Assembly (NCBI GenBank): GCA_008632985.1
Contig: QPGO01000025.1
Location: forward strand, 248,001-312,000
Direction: 5' to 3'
DNA: 64,000 nt
From: Psammoneis japonica
Lineage: Eukaryota
This document shows, piece after piece, positions 1 to 12,513 of the stretch. How positions within the stretch are numbered: position 1 is the first letter of the stretch; each line of letters starts with the position of its first letter. The translations under genes were made by a program, and so were the position numbers. Below the pieces are notes generated by a model that was not told the DNA's origin, ran no database searches, and saw only the letters and a program-made list of their open reading frames with translations.

Positions 1-3000
1 GGATGTAAAGACAGAAAATCCAGGCTGACAAACTGACAAATGGTGGGGAGACTCATTGGAATTGAAAATGCAGAGTGTCTGCAATTTTGCCATCCACAAC
101 AACATTGGAGGGCTGCCCATGTTAAAGACCAGATGCAATGAGCACAACAAGCTTGAACAACAGATGACAAAGAGCAAGGTCAATGCCGTGGGCATCATTG
201 AAGCAAACCTTAACTTCAAGAGGACACCAAAAAACCAACAGTGCTGGAATGATTGATGGCATGCATTGTGAACCACAAATGAACACCACTCAATGTCTGG
301 AAAGAAACAATGCAGAGGAGCAGGACACTTCATCCAACAAACACCAAGTCATCACCTCACATCAAAAGGAAAAGATGACACAAGATTCAAAGGCAAGGAT
401 GGCATCCACACAAGGATGATGACAGCCTGTTGCCCTGTGCATGACAGGACAGCTCACCCAGGTGCAGTTTGCAGCCAACACTCTGCATGCATGCTTGCTG
501 TCAAAACAAGACCAGAGAGATCCAAGAACAGCATTCCTCAAAGATCTGAACTGTCAGATGAGACAATGGCAGGAACAAGGTGATCTGACAGCACTGGGAG
601 GAGTTGACATTGACGAAAACACTCAGAACATGGACATGCTGTCCTGGATGAGATCACTGCATCTGATTGATGCACCAATCATCCTCCATCCACAACCATC
701 AACTGTGGCAACCTGTGACAAAAATGGATCCGAAATCCCAACAGACGGAATCTTCATGTCACTGGCATTGGAGGTTCGATGAGGTGGAATGACAGGTTTT
801 GGAGAGGTGGATCATGCATCGGATCACAGATTGTCATGGACAGACATCAGAAAATCCAGTGTTTTTGGATGCACACCTCTGCCTCTGGCAACTGCAAAAC
901 CAGATGGACTTGCAGGCAAACTGAACAAGCCTGAGGTGGTGAAGAAATGCAATGACATCGTGTGCAAGATGATGATTTCTTGCAACCTTTTGAGCAGAGC
1001 AACAGCGCTGGAGAACTGCAACAAGTTTGGTCTGGAGGAACAGCTTGAGCATGAAAGCACATTTGAGGAGAACAGGAAGATGCAGCAGACAGCAAAGGAA
1101 AAATGCAGGAAATTGTTCATGAACTCAGCAGAATCTTCAAACAAGATCAACAAGGCAAGGAAGGAGATGCATCTGTGGAAATTGATCCACAGATTCCGAT
1201 TCAGATGCAGAGCACCTGTGAGAAAGATTTGATGATGGATGAGACATGCAGGGCAGATGGATGCCTTTCAAATCCCAGCTGAAGGAATTGAGACACAACA
1301 GAAAGCTGCTGTGAAGGAGCACAGGAGACTCAAGAAGCAGATGGATTCAAAGCTGTGACAAGATGAGTTTCAGTCTAGATGCGCAAAGACAGTGGAGAGA
1401 AACAAAACAATGGCGGAACACAAGGAGAAGCTCGTTGGCCATTCACATCATCAACAGAAGAGTTGCAAGCAGAAAAGCCCGTCATGCAATGTGAGCTGTC
1501 GCCAGGCCAGGCAGGTGAGGAGCAGACAAAGAACATTCTTCCAAACAAGGAGTTGAGAAGACATGCACAACAGAAGGCAGAAACAGATGCAGCCAGACCT
1601 TTGCTCCCGGGAGCACAGTGCTGTTCATGAAGTCACCTTTGCTGGATGACTTTGGATGTCTGGCAGATGCACTGGCTGCCAAGCAAGTGTTGCAAGGAAT
1701 GCATGTCCCACCGCCAGGTGCGGAAGAGTGGACAGCAAAATTCATTAAACAACTCAAACGTCCGGATCTGACACTTCCACAATTGGATGCGAGATGTTCC
1801 ATGGAAGAGCACATCCACAGCTGGAAAAAGATGAAAGGACACATGTCCAGCAGCCCCTTTGGACCAGCCTTCTCCAATTGCAAGGAAGGATGTCAACACC
1901 CAATGGCAGCAAAATTTGATTCCTGCATTTGATTCCTGCATGTCCGCCATCCCATGGAAACAGGGATGTGCACCAAAGTGCAGGTCCAAGGTGGCAGATG
2001 TGATGATCCCAAAGAAAGAAGAGTCATCGCATGTCAGAAAACTCCTGATCATTTTGTTTGATGCACAATGCAACAAAATGAACAAATGTTGCAGCAGAGC
2101 AACAGTGCATCAGGCCAAGGTGCACCGGGAAATGCCGTGGGAAGCACATGACAGCAGGAGACAACATCAAGCAATTGCATGCACTCTGAACAAGGTCTTG
2201 ACAGGAGACATGTTTGGACAACTGCACAGATCAGGAGCCACATGCAGCACAGATGCCAAATTGTGCTGTGGTCAAATCCTGCACTCAGTTGCCCTGCCAT
2301 GTGTGAGGCACATGAGCAATGTGTGACAAAGAAGATGACGACAACCTCTTTGTGACAGTGGCAACATTGAGTCAAATCACACACCACACACAAACCGCCT
2401 GTGGTGACTTGGAAGAATCATGCGGTGCCCTCAAAGTGCCACTCCAAGGGACATTCCAAGGACACAGAGCAGCTCTCCAGCAATCTGGCTGCCAGTCAGC
2501 ATCCCGGCAATGAACACGCTGAAGGAGGAAGGGCAAGGAATCTTTGCTGAGACTCCAATTGCCAAGCACACCTTTCACCACGTCTGCTGCACATTCGTTG
2601 ATGACACGGACCTGCCGCACTTGCCAAGGGAGCAGGATGCAACGACCCCAATGGTCATCAAGGGAATGCAACAAATGACAGACTGCTGGGAAGGCAGCAT
2701 CAGAGCAACAGGTGGAGCACCGGTGCTGTCAAAAAGCCATTGGTGTTTGTTGGTGTCCTTCAAATGGGAAAACAATCAATGGCAGCACCAGTCGGTCACA
2801 GAAACACCAAGAGATGTGTCAATTCTGGACCATGAAGGAAGTGTTCAATCATTTGATGACCAGAGGCATGGGAAGTGGAAGAAACTCTGGGAGCATGGGT
2901 GGCTCTGGACGGCACTGCAGAACAACAAGTGGCAGCACTTGGAGCAAAAGTGGAAAAATGGGCAGACCAAGTTTGGAGCAGACACTTGAACAGGACAGAA

Positions 3001-5760
3001 TTGTGGCTGTCTCTTCAAGGAGGCGTGATGCAAAGCACAAAGTGCCCACCAGCACTGTGCTCATTGACAAAGGAGGATTGTGACTCAATGCAGAAACCAC
3101 TGTTTGAAGTGGCTCTCCCGGCATTGGGACATCCCAGATCATTCCCAAGGAAAGTGCTCTTCGTTCCAAGAAAGTGCAATGGATTGGGAGCTCCAGAGAT
3201 CCATGTGTTGCAAGGACTGCTGAAATTAGAAGTGTGTTTGCAAGAGGGTGACTCATCTTCCATGACAGGACATGAGCTGGCAGTGATTCAGGAATTGCTG
3301 CAACTCAAGCTGTGTGCGTCACACCAAGTGTGCCAATCAGACCATGAAAACTGGCTCTGCTTGCCACCAAAACGTGGGTCAAGTCACTGTGGGAATTCTG
3401 CAGGAGCTGCGACACAGAGCTGGTCTCACCAGACCCAAGTGCACCACGACAGCAGGAGTGGGATGCATTCCTGATGGCAACCTTCGTGGATCACGGGTGC
3501 AAAGGTGAGAGACTCAGGAAGATCAATGTGCATGCAGAACGTGGATCAAGACACTCCGACTCTCCGACATTGTGTCAGGAGATGGACAAGACATTCTACA
3601 AGACTGGTGAACTGGAGCAACAGAGTGTGAAAGCGAATGTGATTGGCCAAAAGCGGGGTTCCCATCAGCCAAAAGCTGGCAATTATGGCAGGAAGCCTCA
3701 ACCGCATGTTGTCTGTCACCAGGCAGGAATGCACACCTCAGACTGCATCAACCTCTGGGCAAATGGATTTCAGACACAAGCCAGCTTGCCTGGAGACACT
3801 TGGAAAGCAATGATGGGGTCTGTCAATGGATGCCTGAAGGTGAGCACAGAGTGTGCTCCATTCTTCCACAAGCACATGGGAGATGGCAACAGTGCCACCA
3901 CTTCACGAGCACTGCGCAGGCAATTCCACAAGATGCTCTCCCAACAAAACAACTGGATCTGACAGCTGCATCCAACAAACGGGGACATCTGCAGTTCTCC
4001 CAATGACAGAACCAGCCTTCTGATGGCTCCTTTGAAGATGACACAGCAACAGTGGCAATGATGCTCCTCCCGTCTTTAGGACACTCATCCCATTGATGCC
4101 AAGGAGTGAACCAGACACCAGGCAAGAAACAAGAAATGACACCTCATGAGCACTGCACAGGTGATTCCACATGATGCTCTCCCAACAAAACAGCTGGATC
4201 TGACAGCCGCATCCAACAAATGGGGACATCTGCAGCTCTCCCAATGACAGAACCAGCCTTCTGATGGCTCCTTTGAAGATGACACAGCAACAGTGGCAAT
4301 GATGCTCCTCCCGTCTTTGGGACACTCATCCCATTGATGCCAAGGAGTGAACCAGACACCAGGCAAGAAACAAGAAATGGCACCTTGTGGGGCGGAGTCA
4401 GGTGGGATCTGCGGAGTGCTGCGACATTTGGCGGACCTCTGCAAATGGCACAACATCAGGAAAGGCAAGGTGGTTGTGGGGTGTGATTGTGACAATGGCC
4501 TGCGGATGTGCTTCTACAATGACTTTGACAATCCAAAACAATGGAACCATGACTTGATGCAACCCATGTGCAGAATGATCCGGATGCTGCCAATGCTTGC
4601 AGTGCCAGAGGAGGTGGATGGCTGCAAAGACAAGGAAGTGCCACTTCAGGAACTCACTTTGATGGAACACCAAACGTGGAGATGAGCCTCCCAGCAAAGG
4701 TGCGCTGGGAAGCACTTTACACAGAACCAGAGTTCAGATGCTGTGAAATGCCGGAACAACAATGTTGGCACATGCATCTGCACGGTGAAGTGCAAACTGC
4801 CTGGGATCATGGTCGAATGGTTGAACATGTCTGCGGGCCCCCGGCTGCACAATGCTGGACACACACCTCAGCTTGCCCAAAATGTGGGGAGCCGAAATGA
4901 ATGTTGAACATGTTCTTTGTTGCCCCACCTCATCTGCATTTGCACTGTGGACAAAAACAAAGACAGACGAACCAGACAAGTGGCTTGTAGAACAGGGCAC
5001 ACGACCAGCACCATGAGATGGCATCATGACCCATCTTGCAAACTGGCACAGGCAAGCGGTGTCCAACTCTGAAGGCATTGGAGATTCACAGATGAGAAAG
5101 CTCCTCAATGAACAGGAGAAACTGGGCATGAGCTCACTGGCAAAAGAGTTTGTCTCTACGAGATGGTCTGACATGTGCAACAAGCGCGCTGCGGACATTC
5201 GGGTCGGAGAAACACAGGACTGAGGTGGTGGCTCTCAGGATTCATGCAGCAATTGTGGCAGCAATTGTGGAACACATTTGGACATCACACTCGCACATCC
5301 AAACACTCTGACTTCAGAGTCAACACTTGCAGAGAATTCGCACTTGGACGGAAGAATCGAGGGGGAATGTGCCTGTCAGCTCAACAGGCCTCCGCTGCTC
5401 ACTTCCCTCACCTGACCAGGTGGTTCACCAGATCCTTGGAAAGTGCCCAAATAGAGGATGCGAACTGCAAGAAAAAATGGCTGCACACAGCACATGTGGC
5501 CAAGATTGCATTGAATCACCAAGCAGGTTGAAAACATCAACTGTTGCCACATCGGAGCCGCTCCACAACTGACTCCGAGGAATTGTGAAAGTGTGTTTGT
5601 TTGATGCTCTGCACCCATCATGGCTGTGGATTGCTTGGACAAGCAGGCGTGACTAAGCTTACCACAGGTGGCGGCCCAAATGTGGGTGTGTAATTTTTAG
5701 GATTGAATTACTGCATGTGGAGACAAACGAGACCTTTGGGCTGAACAAAAAAAAGAAAAG
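1..5760 (+). mobile_element. Degenerate non-LTR retrotransposon (Ambal-like architecture: APE endonuclease, RT, RNase H); 5' part runs off the window
   Basis: Fragmented + strand ORFs carry APE motifs (PTDGIFMS, SDHRLSWTDI), RT motifs (PAIWLPVSIP, CTFVDDTDL near 2590) and RNase H motifs (SDGSF, AESGGICG, VGCDCDNGL). A-rich tail near 5745-5765. Many stops and frameshifts; TpA/CpG depleted. Confidence 0.85.
3900..4385 (+). repeat. 241-bp tandem duplication inside the LINE
   Basis: About 3904-4144 is repeated at about 4145-4385 (gagcactgc...ggcaagaaacaagaaatg); differences are mostly at CG/TA/CA/TG sites. Confidence 0.95.
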
Positions 5761-5978
5761 AAGGAAGAGAACAATCACACACCATAATCACTGGCCTCTG
5801 TGTCGGCTGGCGCGCGCCGGCTCGCTCTTCACCACTTTCAAAATCTTCGACAGCACCCCCTCCCTTTCTGATGTTGTTGATGTTCTGAGTTTACCGTATC
5901 GTATGGTGTATGTTCATGAGTGTCATTGCTCACTGCTCACGATCTGAGATCGCCATCCGTAGGAACGAGTGAAAGACG

Positions 5979-8438
5979 ATGTCAGCAATGGCTGAAAGCG
6001 ATCAAAAGCTCCCCGAAGAACCTAAAGGAGAGGAGAAAAAGGAGGAGGAAGACGAAGAGCTGATGGACAAAGACAGCTGGCGTGAAGCACTTTGCGATAT
6101 GCTTGACAGCGTCGATCACAAGGGCGATTTTGCCGTCACGAAGCCCGTGTCTTTTCCATCAATGCATCCCATGCTCACTGTAGAAGGTATGAACGAGCGC
6201 ATTGCTTTCCCTTTGCTGGAAGTTCAAGCAAAGGAACTCCGAGGCACAGCAGAGAAGGCGCCGTACGGCAAAGGCAGTTCCACTATTTTGGACGAATCCG
6301 TTCGAAAAGCGTGGCAGATTGATGCATCCAAGGTGACCTTTCAGGAGGAGGAGGATTGGAAGCTGGCTCTCGCTGACATCACGGCTGACACGATCGCCTC
6401 CTTGGGTCTGTCTTCGAGCCAGCAGTCTCGTGTAGAAGCCAACCTGTACAAGATGCTTCTGTACGAGACTGGCGGACACTTTCAGAAGCACCGTGACACA
6501 GAAAAAGAGACCGGCATGTTTGGAACGCTGATTATTCATTTGCCTTGCACGTACACGGGCGGATCCTTGGTTCTTCAGCATCAGGGAGAAACTAAAACGG
6601 TGGACCTGGCACCAAAGGCGGCCAAAGGATTCTTTGCTACGGCTTTTTACGCCGACTGCGAACATCAGCTGCTTCCCGTCAAAAGCGGCTGGCGTCTCTG
6701 TCTCGTGTATAACCTTGTTATGCGACAGTCAGCAGCGGAAGCATTGCCAACTGCTCAGGAACTGACGGCACAGCTTCGAACGCTTCGAAAACTAGAAAAA
6801 CAGTGGCCTCAAGTCTCTTCCGAGAACATCCAAGGTTATTTACTCGAACACAAGTACACTACGACAAACCTCAAGTTTTCCAATCTGAAGGGACGTGACA
6901 AGGAGATGGCGGAAGTACTTCGTCAGGCCACGGATGCAGCTGGTAAACCTCTTTTTGTAACTAGCCTTGCTTTGCTGGAAAAGTGGGAGACCGGCAGCGC
7001 CGAGTCGTCCTACGGATATGGAGGAAGATACTACGACGATGATGATGACTACCACAGCTCTGGCGGTGGTCATCATACCATGGAAGAGGTCCACGATAGC
7101 TCAGTCAAATTCACCCACTGGGTAGGCCCCAACGACCGAGCTATTAATAACTGCAGTCTCGCTCCGAATCCTGACGAATCTCTCTTTTTGAACCTCGAAG
7201 ACTCTATTGAAGGGGAGTTTGGAGAAGATCCCGACAAGGAAGATTACGAAGGATACATGGGAAACTACGGTCCGACTCTTGAGTATTGGTACTACAAGAG
7301 TGCTCTTATGTTTTGGCCTCGGTCGTTGAATCCTCGAGTCGCTGCTTCTGGCGGGATTTCTTTCATGTGCGCCAGTCTCCTCACGGCTCCCCAGGACGAA
7401 GCCAAAGAATATGCAATGGCTGCTGCTCAGCAGCTTGAACGCGATCATTCCAGCAAGGTAACTCCAGAGTTGTTGGAGGGCATGCTGCGAGCTGGTGATC
7501 TGGGACTCGTGGAACGAGTGCTGACTCGGACCAGTCCACTCGATGGACGTGAGTTAGGAAAGGCGCTTGTGACTGTCGTGCACGGTATGCCATTGACTGC
7601 GGGGGCAGTGATGGGTGTTGTGCAACGAACTTGCAACTCCAACAAATACTACTCGCCCATTGGCGTGAGCGAATTCCAACAGATGCTGGAGCTGTTTGAC
7701 CGGAAGGACTTGGCTGCGTCGGTTAGACGATACGCCGTGGAAGGGTCGATTGAAAAGTGGAAGATGCTTCTTTCCCGCCAGGAAGATATCTCAGCGGTCG
7801 TTGGCATGGCATATCGCTGCCCTGATCTCCTGGAATCGTTCGTCACCACTGCGTTGCAACACGCCTCTCCAAGCCAACTGCGTACGTGCGTGGCGCTTCT
7901 AATGTCCAAGGAGGGAGCAGCGCAGAACACTCAGGTACGGAGACTCTACCAAAAGCGGGCGGAACAGCTCCATGAGGCAACGCGATATGGGAAGCCCGCT
8001 TTCACGTGGCGTCAGCCCCATGCCAACTTCCCGGGGAGTCATGCCTCTGCCGTCAATTCGTTTCTGCGAGGCAATGAGCAGACCCGAACCTTCCATGACT
8101 TTAATGGAATTGGACATGCTCGTAACTGGGCCAACAAGTACTTTGGAGGCTACGGGCAAGGTTCTGGGTACAGTGCCCGAGCGATGCCTGGAGGTCGCGG
8201 ACAGAACGCTTTCGTCGAAGTAATCAAGACGAAATCGAATCACACGGCGCAGTTGCACCAGTATGATGAGGATGTGAAGGAGCTCAAGCGTCTTTCAAAC
8301 TTTTTCTCCATTCCTCTGGGCAATGTTGTGGTGTCCGATTCGAAACGTTCGGCATCCATCAATGCCGACAGTGTTGCCAGCGCACCGAAGAAAAGTCGTT
8401 CAGAGGGTGATAAGGAGAATCCTATCCAGATCGGTTGA
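5979..8438 (+). CDS. 2OG-Fe(II) oxygenase superfamily protein (prolyl-4-hydroxylase-like DSBH domain) with long C-terminal extension
   Basis: Intact 819-aa ORF; LYKMLLYETGGHFQKHRDTEK (HxD), FYADCEHQLLPVKSGWRLCLVYNL (distal H and R). Confidence 0.85.
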   Translation: MSAMAESDQKLPEEPKGEEKKEEEDEELMDKDSWREALCDMLDSVDHKGDFAVTKPVSFPSMHPMLTVEGMNERIAFPLLEVQAKELRGTAEKAPYGKGSSTILDESVRKAWQIDASKVTFQEEEDWKLALADITADTIASLGLSSSQQSRVEANLYKMLLYETGGHFQKHRDTEKETGMFGTLIIHLPCTYTGGSLVLQHQGETKTVDLAPKAAKGFFATAFYADCEHQLLPVKSGWRLCLVYNLVMRQSAAEALPTAQELTAQLRTLRKLEKQWPQVSSENIQGYLLEHKYTTTNLKFSNLKGRDKEMAEVLRQATDAAGKPLFVTSLALLEKWETGSAESSYGYGGRYYDDDDDYHSSGGGHHTMEEVHDSSVKFTHWVGPNDRAINNCSLAPNPDESLFLNLEDSIEGEFGEDPDKEDYEGYMGNYGPTLEYWYYKSALMFWPRSLNPRVAASGGISFMCASLLTAPQDEAKEYAMAAAQQLERDHSSKVTPELLEGMLRAGDLGLVERVLTRTSPLDGRELGKALVTVVHGMPLTAGAVMGVVQRTCNSNKYYSPIGVSEFQQMLELFDRKDLAASVRRYAVEGSIEKWKMLLSRQEDISAVVGMAYRCPDLLESFVTTALQHASPSQLRTCVALLMSKEGAAQNTQVRRLYQKRAEQLHEATRYGKPAFTWRQPHANFPGSHASAVNSFLRGNEQTRTFHDFNGIGHARNWANKYFGGYGQGSGYSARAMPGGRGQNAFVEVIKTKSNHTAQLHQYDEDVKELKRLSNFFSIPLGNVVVSDSKRSASINADSVASAPKKSRSEGDKENPIQIG

Positions 8439-9500
8439 GTTGTCCGTGTGGTCACCTCAGATATGCTCTCAATCTCATTAACGTATGTTGTAGCAGGACC
8501 GTCAAGAACGCGAGTAGAATAACAGTAGAACCCAGCGATCAACTAAGCTGAAAGTTTTCGGAGCACTATGGTGAGACGAGTCAAGCAATGACTTCTAACT
8601 AAAATGAAGTAGATTCGAAAGGATTCCATGGTTTGTCGACTTTTTTATACAGTAGAGGCGTACGGCACTTAGCTACAGACTTTGCCCTGGTCGTTTGTAG
8701 AAGCAAACGCTCCTCCTGCGTCAATGAAAAAGTCAACAGTTGGTCTTAGGGCTTCCCGTTCTTCACCGCCTCCCACCCCTCTCCGCCAACCATCCTACGC
8801 ATGACCCTACGGTACCTTAAACTCCTTATTTCTACTTAAACTTGCCTCGGATCATTCAAAAATCGCAAAGAGATATGGGAGTAGTCAATAAGATACAGTC
8901 CAAATCGGGAACGGCGAAATCACCAGCGGTACAAGCTATCCAAAGCTTACAAAATTCTGCAGAACAACAAACCAACCTGCTGGAACAGTCAATGGTGGGC
9001 ATGTCGGTTTATATAGAGGGTGAAGTCACATCACGGAAACAAGGAAGATCTGAGTGGTGGCTTGGGAGAGGCGTCGTTGTTTACTGGAAGGACACTTGCA
9101 CGTCTTCTTGCTACCAACGAAGCCGGAGATATCGCACCGTTGCTCTTGATGATCCTTAATGAGTTTGATCTGGATGTTCGAAGGGAAAACCTGCAATTCA
9201 TCAAGCGTCTTTACCAAAAAGTTGGGAAAACAAATGATAGTGTGGTCGTTGCAATATTACACAGAACTAAGTGGACTGTGCAGTTCTGAATGTGTGAGGG
9301 GTGCCGCTTGCAATATATCAAGGCGTGGTTGGTGTGTCCTCCTTTATTCTTCCTTCGCTTTTCCCGTTTCAAGTGATTTTGTAGACGGAATGGAGTGCGA
9401 TAATGAAACAGCGAAAAGTCAATGTCGTCTCTTCTACTTGCGACTTACTGTAATGAATGCATATCTAGAACTCTGTTTCGAAAAAGTTCGCTGTCGCCCA

Positions 9501-10080
9501 CTAACCCGTACCGCTCGTCTTGTGATGAGTCTCGGTAGCAGCCAACTCTTCGACCAATTCCCACGCCAAGCGAGCCTCCGGAGAGCTCGCTCCTTTTTCT
9601 TCTGAAATTTTCTTTGCATCCGCGAGAGCCTTGACACGCCGCATGGCTTCCTTCACGTCACCGCTGTCGTTCTCGGCACAAAACTGTTGATACACGGTAG
9701 GATCTTGCGACTTCTTTGCCTCTCCGGGCTGCTTGACATGAATGTCGTCTGCTTTGTGATGCCTGTCGAGGACATGTTGAAAATCACAAAGTGAATAAGC
9801 TCTAGTAGAATAATTGTAAGCGAAACGGGAAGCACGGCTATGCTTTTGTAACAAACCTGCTAGCTGCATCGATTTCCTCTACAATGTCCCAGGCAGCACG
9901 AGCCTCAGGGCTGGCAGATCCAAATTCCTTTGAAGCAGCTCTCGCATCCTCGATTGCCTTGGTCGCATCAATTTCTACAGCAAGCCTAGTTGAAGGCCTT
10001 GGAACAAACGCTGTCGGCGCAAACGCGCAAGCAGAAGCGAGAAAGGAGGCGCCGGTAGCAGCTAGTAATGCGATCTTCAT
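9501..10080 (-). CDS. CP12-like plastid protein, 2 exons (10080-9857, 9762-9501)
   Basis: Signal peptide plus AFAP bipartite presequence; two CP12 core motifs (AWDIVEE, AWELVEE); GT-AG intron 9856-9763 joins the ORFs in frame (AASR/HHK). Confidence 0.8.
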
Positions 10081-10706
10081 TTGGCTGCAATTGCTCAAAA
10101 TAGAAAGATTCTGAAGCCAGATTCAAGAATACAAGCGATCGTTTCTGTACTTCTGAATGAAACAAAAATTGTGAGAGAACACCCCGTGTCAAAAACGAAA
10201 TGCGTGGGAACCGAAGGTGTCGCTTTCTCAGCATTCCGATTGGTCCAAAATTCAAAATCACGAATTTCAAAAAAGGCAAAAGATCCACCAACTTGGCGCG
10301 GGAACAAAAAAGCGCGGGAAAAACGAAGAGACAACAGCACAAGAACGGGTAATGGCCAGGCGAAAAGATCCACACCGCACATCTGTTCCGTAGATCTTCG
10401 TATTGTTTTTACATACGTAATTCTCTCACTGGATGTGTCGTACATGATCGAATCCGCAGATCTCGCGCCGCCGCCGCGCCGCTCACTTTTTTCCTTTTTT
10501 GTTTACTGGGCAGAGGACGAAGGACGAAGCGCTGACTCGGAGCCGCTTTCTAGAGTAGAGGGCTATCTCAACGTCAACTGGCTCGCAACCTAGCTGCCGT
10601 ACGTTTCTCTCTCACACACACGTGATCAGCATCCATTTTTTGTGTAAAGCTGAGGCCTTGTTTTCGAAAAAGGAGGCGCGTTGAAATTTAAAGGGTGCGA
10701 AAAAAT

Positions 10707-10940
10707 ATGAGAACAGCAGCAGCAACAGCTGCAAAACGAGCGGTCCGTACCGCCACCACAAGAAACAGAACATGTGGGTCTCTCTCAGCAAGGGTGTGGA
10801 AGCAGCAGTCAAGATCCGCTAGCCGGGCGGTTGGCGTAGAAGCGTCGTTGAAAGCATTGTTGACATCGCAGTCAACAGCAGAACCATTCATGCCACGAGG
10901 TTGGGACGGTCTTGACGAAGAAGACGACGACGGAACGTGA
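10707..10940 (+). CDS. Small Arg/Ala-rich protein ending PRGWDGLDEEDDDGT (putative mitochondrial microprotein)
   Basis: Its C-terminal motif is shared with the ORF at 11601-11873; basic, presequence-like N-terminus. Confidence 0.6.
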   Translation: MRTAAATAAKRAVRTATTRNRTCGSLSARVWKQQSRSASRAVGVEASLKALLTSQSTAEPFMPRGWDGLDEEDDDGT

Positions 10941-11600
10941 GTGTGGTGAAAAAGGCTGCAATAGCTGGTCCGTTGATGCGTGTATTTTCTACTAGTGAAC
11001 TCATGTAAACATGCCATTTGGGTCTCGCCTAATTTTGCAGTTGATTTTTTGCAATCGTCTCGTTTTCCGTTCCTCTAGATAATTATTGCAAATGAGGTTG
11101 ACTTCGTTGGAAACGATTTAGTGGTTTTTTTCTACGCCAATGTGTGAGATATCATTCATAGAAGAGGTGAGAATCGTTTTACGTCGATATTCTGAAGGCA
11201 AACTGCAGCGCACTGTCACAATGAGGATAAAACCCAAAATATCTACAAACTAAATCTCGCGAACGTCTACATGTCGATAAAATGTCAGACTTCCTTCTGA
11301 GTGATACACAGCCCTCTTTCTTGTCACTGAAACTGCCCACCAGCATCTTGAGTGCACGTGCGTTCGCTCACCTCGTGTTTCTTCGCGTCGTCTTCTTTCA
11401 GTAGAGTTGCGCTGAAGAGTTCTTGATTCCTGATGTTGTTCGAGAATCTTGTTTACAAATAAAATAAACTGGCGTTGATTCATTGTACTACTCTACCAAA
11501 TCCGGCTGTACACTACTACGAACTTTTCAATGTATCAAACAGAAGTGGGAAACACTCTTCAGGTTTTCCTTGTAGCTAGAGTCCAACTATCTCCGCCGTT

Positions 11601-11873
11601 CTATCCGCCATCATCGTCCGCATCGGCACCAAAGTCCCATCCTCTGGGTAAACCTCCCTCAGCTTGTGATTGTGTAAGAAGATTTGCTGCTTGCAGTGGT
11701 ACGTGAACTCCGATTGCCATTCGACTGGTCGAACGAATTACGGTTCGGTGCTGAGTGGCATGTTCTGAAACTGCGATTCGACCTCTTTGCGCGGAATTTT
11801 GCACGGCGAAAACTCCTCGACGAATGGTAGCCCCACTCAACCCTCTTGCTCTGACAATGGCGCTTGCATACAT
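11601..11873 (-). CDS. Small Arg/Ala-rich protein ending PRGWDFGADADDDGG (paralog of 10707-10940)
   Basis: Shared LLT-x-S/Q-x-AE-x3-PRGWD-x5-DDDG tail; basic N-terminus. Confidence 0.6.
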   Translation of the reverse strand: MYASAIVRARGLSGATIRRGVFAVQNSAQRGRIAVSEHATQHRTVIRSTSRMAIGVHVPLQAANLLTQSQAEGGLPRGWDFGADADDDGG

Positions 11874-12513
11874 CTTCTTGTGAATCCTCCTGATGGATTT
11901 CCTTACAAGGGAATTCAGGTTGTTGATACAGATAGTGTCACTTTTTCCGCGTTGTGTATCAGCGGTTTCGCTACAAAAGCCAAAACAATTCCTTCAATAA
12001 AAGCTGAAGCAACAATTGCGCCTTCGACTATGCGATCACAACAACAGCTACTGACTGTACAAAAGAGCAAACACTCCCGCTTCACGTTCGCGGCTGGTGA
12101 ATAGACTGGGAGATGGGAGACGTGCGCGCGATTTGTGAGCCAGGATGCAGGATTCGTCATGACCCGTAGAATTCTAGGGCCTACGCGAGTTTCCTACGAT
12201 GATCCGATCGCCGATTTTCCCTCCACTATTTGATGGGATCAGTCTTCGATCTTGCGTTGCGATTGTAATCCGACTCATTTCATCGGATGACCTCTCCATC
12301 TCACATTGATATTATTTTTTTGTGAGACCATAGTTGTAAAAGGAGAACACTCACTGATCTAGGAAGGAAAAAATCAAGAACCAAGGCTTTTCCAACTCTT
12401 GCGAGAATCTTTTTCTTTTCTCCCGAGAAACTTGAACCTCCCGGTGTGCTGCAGCTTACCATTTCAGCGAGTGATAGAAGAGATTGATTATATAGACGAC
12501 TAACAATCAAGTC

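Noticed and set aside
5979..8438. 2OG-Fe(II) oxygenase as the enzyme behind the hypermutation
   Set aside because: It is only adjacent to a relic; its motifs are P4H-like rather than AlkB or TET/JBP, and there is no deaminase motif.
8842..9289. Two overlapping ORFs as one frameshifted gene
   Set aside because: No recognisable domain and insufficient support.
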